Shown here piece by piece: positions 1 to 12,365 of a DNA stretch of 64,000 nt. This stretch comes from Auanema rhodensis (taxonomy: Eukaryota; Animalia; Nematoda). The DNA is taken from positions 11,966,001-12,030,000 of the forward strand of contig OZ059897.1 of NCBI GenBank assembly GCA_964057225.1. The letters are read 5' to 3'. A program made the position numbers and the translations under genes. Position 1 is the first letter of the stretch. Each line of letters opens with the position of its first letter. The notes below the pieces were generated by a model that worked only from the letters and a program-made list of their open reading frames with translations, was not told the DNA's origin and searched no databases.

Positions 1-468
1 CATTTGATTCTCATTCGAAAGTATCTGCATAGAGGATAATTAAAAATCTAATTAATTCTTTTAAAATTATATGCAAAGAATAATAACAGAGCATAAAGAG
101 AAAAAGTAACAAAAATTGTCAACATACCGTAACTAATTTTTGCTCAACTCCATTGTGGACTTCACACACAACGAAGAACATCCCTTCAACCAAATAATAT
201 AGAAGCTCAAGCTTTACCACGTTCCATCCTTTTTCAAATAATTTAGCCATGTTTTAATAGTGTTTTACTTGAGTACGAATAATAAATTTTTAAATACTGC
301 CTCATTTAATGAATGATGTTATTAACCAATTTAAACAACAAAATCTATTAAATTTATATAAGAAGTATTATAACAGTCCAGAATCGTTTATGTAAATTCT
401 TGTTAAATCTATAGTTTGCATTATATTTTTGAATTTTATAATTAAATCAATTTCAGCGTTTTAATTAT

Positions 469-2424
469 ATGTTTTATACACTTGTATTAAACTTATGTAC
501 TCCGATCACCATAATCAGTTTTCTATTATCATCCTTCTCTATTTCTCTTCATTCCCCATCACAAATGAACACTGGATTTAGGATTTTGTTAAGTTTAGAA
601 TGTTTTATGTAAGTTTTATTAAGAATATATTTCTAAAATTCTTACTTAAGTGGCTCATTATTCTCCTTACTGATATGCGCTGCAAAACCAAAATTTTTAG
701 CCCCTTGTTTCGGAGGATTTTATACAGGATTTTTTGTATATTTTCAAGTAACACCTATAAAAACAACTATATTTCTTATTTCTTTAGTATATTGTAAGTT
801 TTGAAATAAGGAAAATCTTGACTCTAGTGCAGTTTCCCCCTCCCCCACGGCCGTAAGCTCCTTTTGTCAAACGGTGCACACTTTTTGTCAATCTGCATAA
901 TTTTGAATGGGCGAGAGATATATCTTTCAGAACAGGGATTTGGGAAGAGGAGGGATGTGTAACTCGCTTCACGTGAAAGATAAAGAGATGCGGTTTTCAA
1001 AATTAGATTCCCCATGTCCATATTAATCTGAAAACATAATTTTATTGATATAGGTTCATGGTACCCATGTCTTTGAAATTTACGTGAACTTTAATTTATG
1101 CTAATTTAATGTACACGTGGTGTGCACATGGTATGTAACTCGCTTCACGTGAAAGATAAAGAGATGCGGTTTTCAAAATTAGATTCCCCATGTCCATATT
1201 AGTCTAAAAAAAAATTTTTATTGATATTGGTGCATGGTAACCATGACTTTGAAATTTACGTGAACTTTAATTTATGCTAATTAAGTGTACACGTGATGTG
1301 CACATGGTATGTAACTCGGTTCTCGTGAAAGATAGAAAGATGCAGTTTTCAAATTTGAATTTCCCGTGACCATATTAATCTAAAAACATAATTTTATTGA
1401 TATTGGTGCATGGTAATATCGGTTTTTAGCAAATTTTTTGTCATAAATAATAATCATTCATAAATTGAGCAATTTCACGTAAAATGGTTTCAAAAAGGTA
1501 TATTATTTTATTTTATTTTTAAATAACTGTGTGCAATTCGGTAAAAGGGGCGGGGCTTACGGTTTTGGGGGGTTAATTACGGCGAGGGGTGTGGAACTGT
1601 ACTCAAGCCAAAATCTTTGTTAATAGATAAAAACTTTACAATTTATGAAGTTTATGCTGGATTAACCATCTTTATGTTCTATCAGCGATATAACGCTTTA
1701 CAATTACGACCACGACGACAACTTAACTATATTGTATATTTTGTATTATGTTTCTTATATTGTGTGAATCCTGTGATATTTCTTATTATAACAAAATTAG
1801 AAAATGTTGAAGAAGTTAACAATGACTGTTTAAAGGTTTTTCATGTCTTATACTTCAATATAATCTGTTTTTAGATGTATTTGGGTGATCCCAAAGATGT
1901 CATCTCAGAAAATAGTATAGTAATATCATATACTAAATCTGGATGGAAAGTTATTACTTTTCTATTCTCTAACATGTTGCATGTTTTTTTCTTTTTTGTT
2001 CAAATCAGTTCATTAGGAATACTCATTATATTGAAATTTGAAAAGTTGAAATCAAGCATGTCGCAACAAACTATTAATTCTCACAAGCTATTTATGAAAA
2101 TTAATTTCATCCAGGTAATAATGATGTTGAACTTAATTAATTAAATATACTATTAAGCTCATTGTTTTAATAATAGCAGCTTGTTTGACTTTTGTTTTTT
2201 TTCTATTTCCATTTCTAAATATTAATATATTAGGTAAGATAGTAGTTATCCTTAAATTATTTGATGTTACATGGTTTTTAGAAATTCAACATTTTCTCAT
2301 TGGTATGTTAAGTATACTCTTCGTATGTGGATCAATGCTAACCATATATTCAGTACCATCTTATAGAAAATCAATTATAAATCTTTTTACACTGAAATCC
2401 CGTGTACATCTGATTTCTATGTAA
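469..2424 (+). CDS. Nematode serpentine (7TM) chemoreceptor, srh/str-superfamily-like
   Basis: Spliced exons give seven hydrophobic segments with family-like motifs: SPSQM after TM1, KPKFLAPCFGGFYTG, FYQRYNAL after TM3, MSQQTINSHKLF..IQ, and TIYSVPSYRK in TM7. ATG 469 follows tttcag at 451-456. A possible upstream exon (309-391, ..YYNSPESF) does not splice in frame, so the 5' end is uncertain. Confidence 0.75.
820..1609. mobile_element. Non-autonomous TIR DNA transposon, Merlin-like, in intron 2 of the chemoreceptor
   Basis: Identical 8-bp flanking repeat AAAATCTT at 812-819 and 1610-1617. Degenerate TIRs: left GACTCTAGTGCAGTTTCC..CCGTAAGC..GCACAC versus reverse-complemented right GGCTTGAGTACAGTTCC..CCGTAAGC..GCACAC. 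Internal tandem repeat; no transposase ORF. Confidence 0.8.
959..1415. repeat. Tandem repeat, 176-bp unit, about 2.6 copies
   Basis: GTAACTCG(C/G)TTC..GTGAAAGATA recurs at 959, 1135 and 1311 (period 176) with high identity across the unit. Confidence 0.95.
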
Positions 2425-2763
2425 CAAGAGATTTTATAATTTAAATATAAGATTTTCAATAATGATTGTGTACTATAGTAGTATAGAATGTAGAATAGCA
2501 TGTATTCTAAGTGGTAGTAATAGGAATAAAGTCTTAATTATCTAAAGACGACTTGAATACGATAACGTATAATTGTCGTACAAGTACTACAATTGAAAAA
2601 AAAATTGGTTATTCAAAATTGAATTCAAAGAATTGTTGCTGAAAAGGAAAATTTGTTAGTGAAAAAAATATTTATAAAACATTATCTATAAACAATAAAC
2701 TATGAATTGTCCTGAGCATGCGTTTAATGCGTATATACATACATAGATATATGATGAATATCA

Positions 2764-5152
2764 TCAAGATAATATCGTCGGAGATAAAACATTTGCCATT
2801 AACACGCTTTTTGATAAAACTGAGGGTGATAAAACTCCTGGAGACAAGATCGGTCCTCCTAAAACCATTGGAGATAAAACATCCGGACACAGTACTAAAG
2901 GTGATAACACAAGAGGTGAGAGAATATAAGGATTAATAACATTGGGAGATAATACATATGGAGTTAAGATAAACGGAGCCATGACTAATGGAGAAAGAAC
3001 ATAAGGAGAAAGTAAATAAGGTGATAAGATGAATGGTAAAGGTACTGAAGGGGACATTACCCATGGGCCGAGAACTGATGGATTCAGAATCAGTGGTGAG
3101 AATATGTTAGGAGATAGAACGACAGGTCCTAATATAGATAGGCCAAAAACAGGAGCAAACGCATATGGCTGTAATACTACTGGTGATAATACGGATATAG
3201 GAAAAATTGTATTTCTAGTAGAATCTGGAGCAAGTTGTCGTTTAACACGTCGCTAAATTCCGTAAAAACAAATATTTCTCATAGATTTAGATGTAACATA
3301 CCTTACCATATGCAAGTTCTTCAACAGTATTCCATAGAGCACTCCAACGTTCAGAACTTGTTTTTTGCTTATAATCCGTTATATTAAATCCTGTATTATA
3401 ACGATCTAGACCTAATAATTATATTTGTTAACTTATAATAATAATAATTATAATAATATAAAATAGTACCATATTCTGAATGAAGTTTTTCTATTTGATC
3501 TGATTCAAGAAATGATATTCCAGATTGTTTATAATCTTTTTTTTGAACAGAGTTGAATGATTTTTTCATACTTTTAAAGCTTTTTGTTATATTTTGTGAA
3601 ACTTCTATAAGACTGTTAGATATTCCAAAAGAATACATGTGATTCAAAACCTGAAGATATTTGAAAAAAATTTATAATATCATCAATCAATCACTTACTT
3701 TCATCGCACTTTCAACAGTTTTTCTTGCACCCGATAATTCCATAATCATATGAAGTACAGTGTCTCTATCTGATTTATCCATTCCGCTCTTATCTAATAT
3801 CTAAAATATTTAATTTAATTAAATAATTATTTAATTAATTATTATAATTATACCTCCGGAATTGGTAATATTTGTTGTTCTGCTGAATCTTTATACATAG
3901 GAAAGATAGCTGGAGATAAAAACTTCTTCCGCTCCTTATCATCGCTCACAATTGGAAATATCCTGGGACTGAGAACACGTATATTATCATTTTTACTTAT
4001 TTTTGCGAATTTGTTTATAAAGCTCATAATGCCATTTAAATCGAAATCCATCTAAATTGAAAGTAATCTAAAATGCATTTAAAATTGAAATTGTGCCTTC
4101 TGAGCATCCTTAGAATCTGGTGGTTCCATGACAATGTCATACATTCTCTTAGTATATACCATTGTTGATTTCTCAGGTTTCGGTTTATCAATCTTTTTCT
4201 GCATTTTAAGAAGATTTGCATAAGTTTTTATCCAAGTTTCAGAATTATGAGTATTATTTGTTTGAGCAAATATATTTAAAAAAAGGTTTGTTATTGTTTT
4301 CACAGGTTTATTATCTGTTGATAATAAACTTGGCATTTTATCTAATCGTTTTATCTGAAATATTATTTTAATAATCTTATTAATTAATAAATAGAAAAGT
4401 ACTTGTGAAAATTTAGGTTCAATCAGACGATGAGGGCTCCGTTTAGCTCTTCGCTTTTTATACCACAATTCTTTATCTTTATCTGGGAATCTATATGGAA
4501 TTCTGAAAATATTTCCTTTTTCTGTTGAAAGACATAATGTTTCCAGAAATATATAGAAATATGAAATATATATTTAACTGAAAACAATTTTAAAACTATA
4601 TTGTAAAGTGAACAATAGAAAATCTGATCAATTGATCTTAAATTTAATGGAAAAATCGAAATAACAAGACAAGCTAAATAAGCAAATAAGTACCGTCGGC
4701 GGTTTAAAGAGATTAATGAATGTTCTAGAAGATGACGTTGTCTGGCATCGAATAAGCACTTAGCAGATAAGCTTAAATCTTTAACTATTTTAATTTTTTT
4801 CAAACACAATCCTAGAGCATTTGAATTTCCTTAATTTTTTAAATATTGATTATAGAAAGAATAAATAAATATAAAACATACCATAACTAATTTCTTTTGT
4901 TAATCTTTTTCCTAGTTGTCCTAGTATTGCTTTAAGAGAATATAAATACCAATTATGATGAAGTTCTTTCATATTTTTAACTCCTTTCTCATCTAATTGA
5001 ATATCTTTTATACGTTTATCAATTAAATCGCCTAAATTACTTGATAGAAGCATTTAAAATTAAAATTTAAACAATAAATAATCATAAATATACTTACTTG
5101 TAATTAATGGTAAAATGAGAATTAGAAAAAAAATAGAAAATAGACTCTGCAT
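2764..5152 (-). CDS. MLT-10-family moulting/cuticle protein (copy A)
   Basis: Signal peptide MQSLFSIFFLILILPLITS; HHNWYLYSLKAILGQLG; RVLSPRIFPI..KFLSPAIFPMY; basic sites RRAKR and RVKR; C-terminal proline repeats (VLSP/ILSP/LLSP) ending VLSPTILS. Which mlt-10/mltn paralogue is not determinable. Confidence 0.93.
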
Positions 5153-5362
5153 AGCATCAAACTTACAAATGTACTGATTTTCTTGCGCCTTTTGTTTTTT
5201 GTTGAAAAGAGAGAGTAATTAACCCAGAAAAACTTCATGCGGTATGAAGTAATATGAACCCCTTTTCGTATATATCCCAGACTGTTGATATCTCAATAAA
5301 ATGTACTTAATATACGATATATCCAATAATCTTACTTGACAAGTTTAGGCAATATTTCTATG

Positions 5363-5529
5363 AGGTCAGAAAACCGTTATAATAACCAGTATATCCAGGA
5401 AAATAGCTACTAATTTATACGAAAATTATTTTATTCCTTTTTTTTGTAATTTTGATAAATAAACTGAGCAAGAAAATGCAACCAATTCACTTGTTTCGAA
5501 AAGTAAAATGATAACATTGCGCATGACCT
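5363..5529. promoter_or_regulatory. Candidate nuclear-receptor half-sites upstream of mlt-10 copy A
   Basis: AGGTCA at 5363-5368 and TGACCT at 5524-5529 lie within 400 bp of the ATG. NHR-23 (ROR-type, binds AGGTCA) regulates mlt-10 in C. elegans. Hexamers are short, so support is weak. Confidence 0.35.
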
Positions 5530-5927
5530 CTTCACGTGCTTGGAGCAAATCTTTTGAAAATTTGAAAAGAAAAAATAATATTTATCGATCTTGAGGACAT
5601 AATAAGGAATGTTTATTGAGTTTACATATTAGTATGTGAATTTATAATTGTAACATGTTATTGAGAAAATCTGGTTTTTTTTAAATATTATTGATGTTGT
5701 GCTTCACTCTTTTCTTCTTCTAGTTGTTCATCAAGATTAAAATGAAAGGTGAAAAAACTAAAGATTGTAAGAACAAACGTTTAATAAACAAATGACGATA
5801 AGATTATCTTTATCCCAAAATGAGAGAAACAATAAAAAAATGAATACGTAGTAGACCAAAATGATTAAGACAAATATATAGATTAGTAGTTTAATTATTT
5901 ACAGAAATAAATTTATTATCATGATTG

Positions 5928-6356
5928 TCTTACGGTAGGTCCGAGAACTGAAAAACCGTAAACGGGTGAGAACATATATGGAGAGAGTACAGTTGGATTG
6001 AGAACTGAGATCCATCTTTTAGATCTTCGGGCTACTTCATTCTATGAACGAGAAAATTTGAAACAAAAATTCCTATGATTTGGCTTACTGTGGAGTTTCT
6101 TGCAATCAAACGAACTCTATCCCAAAGACCATTTTCTCTTTGTTCAGTTGTTTGATTACGGTATGTATCAAGATTAAATCCATTATCATCATCCAATTTC
6201 ATACCTTAAGCAATAACAAAGTTGAAAATTTAGGTTTCACAAGTAAAAGCTTGTTTAACCTTGTTTTGAATATAAATCTTCAATTTGATTTGTTTCTAAG
6301 AAAGTAAATCCACGATTTTTCATATCTGTATGTTGTAAACCATTGAATGACTAAAA
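5928..6356 (-). pseudogene. Duplicated three-exon fragment of mlt-10 copy B
   Basis: Matches 8018-8446 (offset 2090), including two introns; the only mismatch seen is 6030 G vs 8120 T (synonymous Ala). No intact upstream exons or terminal repeat exon. Confidence 0.85.
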
Positions 6357-6596
6357 TATGAATCTTATCCTTAACTCATTACAGGTAGTTATTCAAATAA
6401 CTTTAAAATTATAAAATTACAGTTCTTATTCTTAATTAATTTGAGAAAAATATATCATTTTGATCTTCTTTTAATGTTGATGTTCTTTGTCTTCTTATTC
6501 TGATATGCTTAACGGACCTTATGCAACACACATCCTTTCTTCTTTAATATCTATGACGTACGTATAACGAATTCAAAAGTTCAAATAACGTGAAAA

Positions 6597-7055
6597 TTAA
6601 AATTTTGAACTGGAATCCAAAATTTTGATGGGGAAGAATCGTAGAAGAAACCGAAGTTTATTCTGTTTGATTTGAATATTAAGAATGAACTTATTGTTTC
6701 AAGAAATGTGATGATATATGTATGTGAAACGTAATATCTCTGATCAAAGAACTGAGCTATAACACAAGCAAAGACTGTCCAATCAAAAGGATCCAATTCA
6801 TTACCGTATTTATCAAATAAAGTTATTATAAGCCTATACCATAATGCAAAATATGTTGAAAATTACATTTGCATATCTACAAATTCTTTACGAACAAGTA
6901 TTTTGGATTGTTTTAGTTTGCGATTGAGTGTTGGAATTTCGTAAAGTATCAAAGATTCAAAAATTTTTCTTTAATTCAAACGGGGCATGTACACAAGTGT
7001 TGAATGTGGAAGGTTTACTGTACATGGCTGTTCGTATGTGTTATAGCCTTCAGAA
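6597..7055 (-). CDS. Tentative unassigned small gene or pseudogene, 5' end not found
   Basis: Four putative exons joined by GT-AG introns (6969-7018, 6834-6866, 6663-6730) stay in frame: ..HVQKIFESLILYEIPTLNRKLKQSKILVRKEFVDMQMLIITLFDKYGNELDPFDWTVFACVIAQFFDQRYYNKLRFLLRFFPIKILDSSSKF*. One intron is only 33 nt; no recognisable family. Confidence 0.3.
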
Positions 7056-7618
7056 ACTTTTCACATATAACCAATTAATTTCTAAATGATTATTTCATAT
7101 TGTTTTAAAAAATTGAAAAACTTAATCTATATTTCATTTAAACTTGTATTATCAACCAGTGTTATCACATACAAAGGTGATTTGTGTTGACATAAATAAG
7201 ATTTCGGCGAACTTTAAAGATTGAACGGTGTGCCATGGTTCATTTATGAATTCATACTTATTTGTAACTAATCTATATGTATATATTATAATAACTAGAA
7301 AACTTCAAACTTAAGTTTTATTATAAAAATTTTTATGAAATTCTAGTATTAAATACATTTTTTACTTTTTGTATATTAATGTATATATTTATATTTAAAA
7401 TATAGTATAACATATATCAACTGTATAAAAGACTTACACGCATAATATTGGGATATTGCATGAGACCTATCTCAAAGATAGTTAAAAACAGAACAAATAA
7501 AACAAATTAATAGATTAGATTACAATATTATATATGTATAATTATTAAATAAGTTTCTTCTTATTATTATAGCTCAAAAAATTATTAATTTTCGATAATT
7601 AAGGTGAAAGCTGATCAA

Positions 7619-10600
7619 TTAAGAAAGAACGGTAGGAGAAAGAACTGATGCCATAAGAACTGATTTTGATAGAACTGATGGTGAACCTACTCCAGGTGAG
7701 AGAATTGCACCTCCGAGGACCATAGGAGATAAAACATCAGGGCATAGCACTGTTGGTGAAAGAACAAGAGGAGATAGAACATAAGGATTAATAACATTGG
7801 GAGATAATACATATGGAGTTAAGATAAACGGAGCAAAAACCAAAGGTGAAATAACATAAGGAGAAAGTAAATAAGGTGATAAGATGAAAGGCATTCCTAC
7901 GGCTGGAGATAGAACATATGGTGAAAGAACTGAAGGATTCAGAATGAGAGGAGAGAATAAAGATGGTGAGAGTACCTGGAAAACATTTCTACATTATATT
8001 ATGAAACAATATTATAATCTTACGGTAGGTCCGAGAACTGAAAAACCGTAAACGGGTGAGAACATATATGGAGAGAGTACAGTTGGATTGAGAACTGAGA
8101 TCCATCTTTTAGATCTTCGTGCTACTTCATTCTATGAACGAGAAAATTTGAAACAAAAATTCCTATGATTTGGCTTACTGTGGAGTTTCTTGCAATCAAA
8201 CGAACTCTATCCCAAAGACCATTTTCTCTTTGTTCAGTTGTTTGATTACGGTATGTATCAAGATTAAATCCATTATCATCATCCAATTTCATACCTTAAG
8301 CAATAACAAAGTTGAAAATTTAGGTTTCACAAGTAAAAGCTTGTTTAACCTTGTTTTGAATATAAATCTTCAATTTGATTTGTTTCTAAGAAAGTAAATC
8401 CACGATTTTTCATATCTGTATGTTGTAAACCATTGAATGACTAAAACATCAATCTTATTTTTAATTCTAGTTCAAACTTATTCCCACCTTTTCTAATTCC
8501 TTAAAGTTTTTTTCAATTCGTTGAGTTACTTCTAGTAATTCTCCTTCCAATCCGAAAAAGTTCATGTTTTTAAGTACTTTTAGAGCATCATCAATTGTTT
8601 CTCTAGCTCCAGACAGGTCCATTACGAGATCAAGAACCAAGTCTCTGTCTTTTCCTTGAAGACCAGTGACTTCCAACAGCTGAATATTGAAATTGTACTT
8701 TTTATTTGAAAAACTATATGAATTTGGCTTTCAATGATATAATAGATGGTGATAAACTTTCGTTTTTATAATTATGATATGAAAAATGTTGCAAAGTGTG
8801 AACCATCTAATGAAGTTCAACACCATTTATCTTGAAATAAGGTTGCGGCGAACACATAATAGATAGAATCTATCTCATTTGGTAATAGTCAAAGAAAAGG
8901 TTGGCTAAAAGTGAGAGAAAATATCTGTATCTAAACTACTCCCACAACTTTTTGTTCGAACGATCAGTCTTTTAACCTTTACATCTTTTTGTCTTTTGAT
9001 GTATTATATAATACGGTTTTGCTCTTTTATAAACTGTAAACTCAACATTTCACAATTTCTAATGAATTAATACCTTAGGGATTGGGAGAATTTGATTTTC
9101 AGTATCATCATTATAAAATGGTAGAATAGATGGTGATAAACTTCCTTTGATTTCTGATTTATCTGGCATAACTGATGCGAAACGTGGGCTAAAATTCGAT
9201 ATTTTTAGTTTCCTTTTTATATTTCTGTATCATCACTCACCTCAAGAACTTGATGTTTGCATTTTTCTTGAAACTTCCTTTAGAGTTTTCAATAGTTCCT
9301 ATCAATTCATAAGCTTCTCGTACAAGTGGGGGTAAAAATTGCTAAAACATTATATATTGTTTATAGGCTGAATATTTGGAGAAATTCTTCTTTTTTTTTT
9401 TTCAAATATTTGATATCTTATAATCACATTTTGATCGCATTCAATAAATTGTAATGGAAAGTGAAAATTCCTATCAACTGAGCTCAAAAATGTGATTGAA
9501 ATCTCATGAAATAAGAAAAAATACATATAAGTTATTTGAATTTTTTTGTTTAAAAAAAAACATTCGAAACTGGGGCTGAAAGCCGTTATCTATCATATCC
9601 AAGAGATCAACTAATCAAACGTCCAGACAGTTGATGTGATGATGACAGTTGTGATTTTCATTTTCAAGTTTAAATATGGATAAGGTGGATGGAGAAGAAA
9701 ATGAGATATGGAAGAGATCATGCATATGCATGTAGATTTAATAGACAATTATACACAAAAACCTTTAAAAATTTTTGAAAAAGGTCAAGAAAACTAATAG
9801 GTTGCTACCTTAGTATCCTGCATTTGTGATGGTTCTTCATTTCCTAAAACCAAATCAAGCATTCTCATATCATAGATTTTTGCTCCTTTTTCCTTGGCTC
9901 GAACATCCATAGCTTTTTTAACATCTAAAAGATTTTTATAGCTGTCGGTCCATTTCTTTCTGTAAAAAGATCGAGATTTTTAAGAAACATCAAGTGTATT
10001 TGCCTTTTCTCTTCGTTCTCTTTCTTTTGAATTAATACACGTATCATGTTTACGACCTTTTCAATGACGCTTCGATCAGCTGATTTCATGTTCGGGACTT
10101 TCTCTGTTTTTTTGACCTAAAGCAATGAATGGCTTTTAAAGACATAAGAAAGGGGGAACTTACAAAGAAACCTTCAACTCCATCACTCTTGCTCACAACA
10201 TCAGTAATCAAACGATATGGACTTCTACGTACTCTTCTGCTTCTATATTCCCAGAATTTGGTTTTTCTGACTGGCGTATGATTCAAATTTCCTTGTTGCT
10301 CCAATTTCTGATAATGATGAATTTAAAATAGTAAATTAGATAATGAACTACCTTAAGTAGCTTCTTGAGTTTTTGAATTTTTGATTTCGTTGATACTTTT
10401 TTAATTTTATGCATTATTAGAGGTTTTCTTTTATACTGAACGGATTCATTTTTTTTGTTTTCAACAGTATTTCTGAAACAAATGAAACGTTATGAAACAT
10501 TAAATTAGATAATATATAACTTACTTTTCCATAATAAATGAAATATTTTTAGTTTTATTATCTTCTTTAATTTCAGTTTTAACTTGTTTAGTTCTGAAAA

Positions 10601-11088
10601 TATTAAAAGAAATAACAATTTGAAACTTTAGTTTAAAAAACCTTTTAATGGGTTGAGAATCAAGTATATCTTTAGCATCAACTATACATTGAGCTGAGGT
10701 TACTATATCTCTATTATCTTTTATTTTATTTAAACATTTATACAATTTTCTTCTATCATCTGAAATATAAACATATGATGTTATTGAGGACTAAACAATG
10801 CAACTTCGCTCTAATTGATCATAAACATCTTTTCCTAATTGGCCAATAATAGCTTTAATTGAATGAAGATACCAATTATAGTGCACAGTTTTCACTCTAT
10901 CAAAACCTTTTTCATCTAAACGTATTTTTTCTATAACTTCCGCTTTCTTTTCATAACTATTTAATGTATCTGAATTGCATAAACCTGAAAAAGAACAAGC
11001 ATTTGATTAACTTTCAAACTTAATAGAAATGAAACTCACCATAATGAACAAGGAAAAGAAGAAGAAACCAACTCTGTCTGAGCATCAT
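7619..11088 (-). CDS. MLT-10-family moulting/cuticle protein (copy B)
   Basis: Signal peptide MMLRQSWFLLLFLVHYG; VHYNWYLHSIKAIIGQLG; SPRFASVMP..GSLSPSILPFY; RRVRR and RRSKR sites; terminal VLSP repeats ending VLSPTVLS. One GC-AG intron at 9960-10003. Confidence 0.93.
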
Positions 11089-12365
11089 TCCGAGTTTTGT
11101 CCTAGTTACAGTATAACCTACAGTACACTCAGACTTGAAGTTTGCAAACTATAGAAACAAACTGAAACGAAGAGGTTATCTGAGATTCTGAAAAATGAAG
11201 CAACGCCTTCAGACTTCTAGATTCGTTTATATAACTTTGAGAAAATTATCCAGCAGGGTAAATTACAGAAATTTAAAAAAAAAAAACAAAAAAAGTTGAG
11301 AGAATAGTTGTTAGGCCATAAAGTCAGATATGATATCACAGAAGCATTGAAGATGAACTACGATGATACCAAGACGTAATTGATACAAAAGAGAACAAAA
11401 TTCTATCTTTGCCCTAAGATAAGAATGAAATTCATGGAGAAAATCCAAGATGAAAGATGAGATGATCAACCTCTTTCTCGTACCCCCACCACCTATCTCT
11501 CTTCTCTTTGAATCCTTCCTTCCTTTCTTTTGTTCTCTTTCTGTAGAGCACTTGTATCAATCGTATTACAGACCAAAGGTTTATAGAAACATTAAGAAAA
11601 TACAAGAAGAAATAGATAAGACGTCACTTAATGTACTCTAATCCGAAATATTTCAAAATGTCAAGACTAACTTTTTGGTCTTTGAAATCTGAGGGAATCA
11701 TATAAAAGTCCATGATTTAAAAAAACCTTTGCGACCTATTTTTCATGATACTTGATAATCATCCTGCATAAGTTCAAAATGTGCCGGCTCCGAAATTATC
11801 GTTTCCTGCAATAAATCAAAAAAAAAAGATAAATTGACAAGAACTTCAATGCATACTTGTTCCACAACTTTATTAAGGTTGGAACTCTAAAAAGGTGTCA
11901 TACAAATTTCATAACGTTTGAAACTGCATTCAAAACCGTGAAAAACTACTTATGACCTTCAATGTACAGACGAGTACACTAGTAATATGGTATCCGCCTT
12001 ATAATTCATTATGTTATTATTTCAATGCTCATTGCTTCATTGCACATTACTTTTTCACTTTTGCATTACTGTAAATCATCAAGTAATTATTAAATAAAAA
12101 TCATTCCGATCATTCTTTAATCCAATTTTATATATAAAAATATCTTTACGATATAGTTAATAATTTTAAAAAATTTATATTATAATATTTAAAATTTACA
12201 TACGTACTTTTGCGAATATACATTTATTAATAAGCTCATATTATTAATTTATATAATATTTGCATGAAAGGCGTTTTCAAAAACATTTAAACAATTTATA
12301 ATAAGAATCTTATTCATTTTTTGTATGTGTATTTGATATCACTATATTATAGATTCAATAGAAAG

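Noticed and set aside
959-1415. CRISPR-like array
   Set aside because: Eukaryotic DNA; the units are contiguous homologous repeats without unique spacers.
6080-8397. Twin plus-strand 75-aa ORFs at 6080-6307 and 8170-8397
   Set aside because: Antisense shadows of the duplicated mlt-10 exons.
8741-8759. 19-nt copy of mlt-10 B exon sequence (9125-9143) inside the adjacent intron
   Set aside because: Too short to interpret; possibly a decayed local duplication.
11626-12080. Possible four-exon micro-gene on the minus strand (..SSNLNKVVEQETIISEPAHFELMQDDYQ..)
   Set aside because: Needs arbitrary splice choices and has no recognisable motif.
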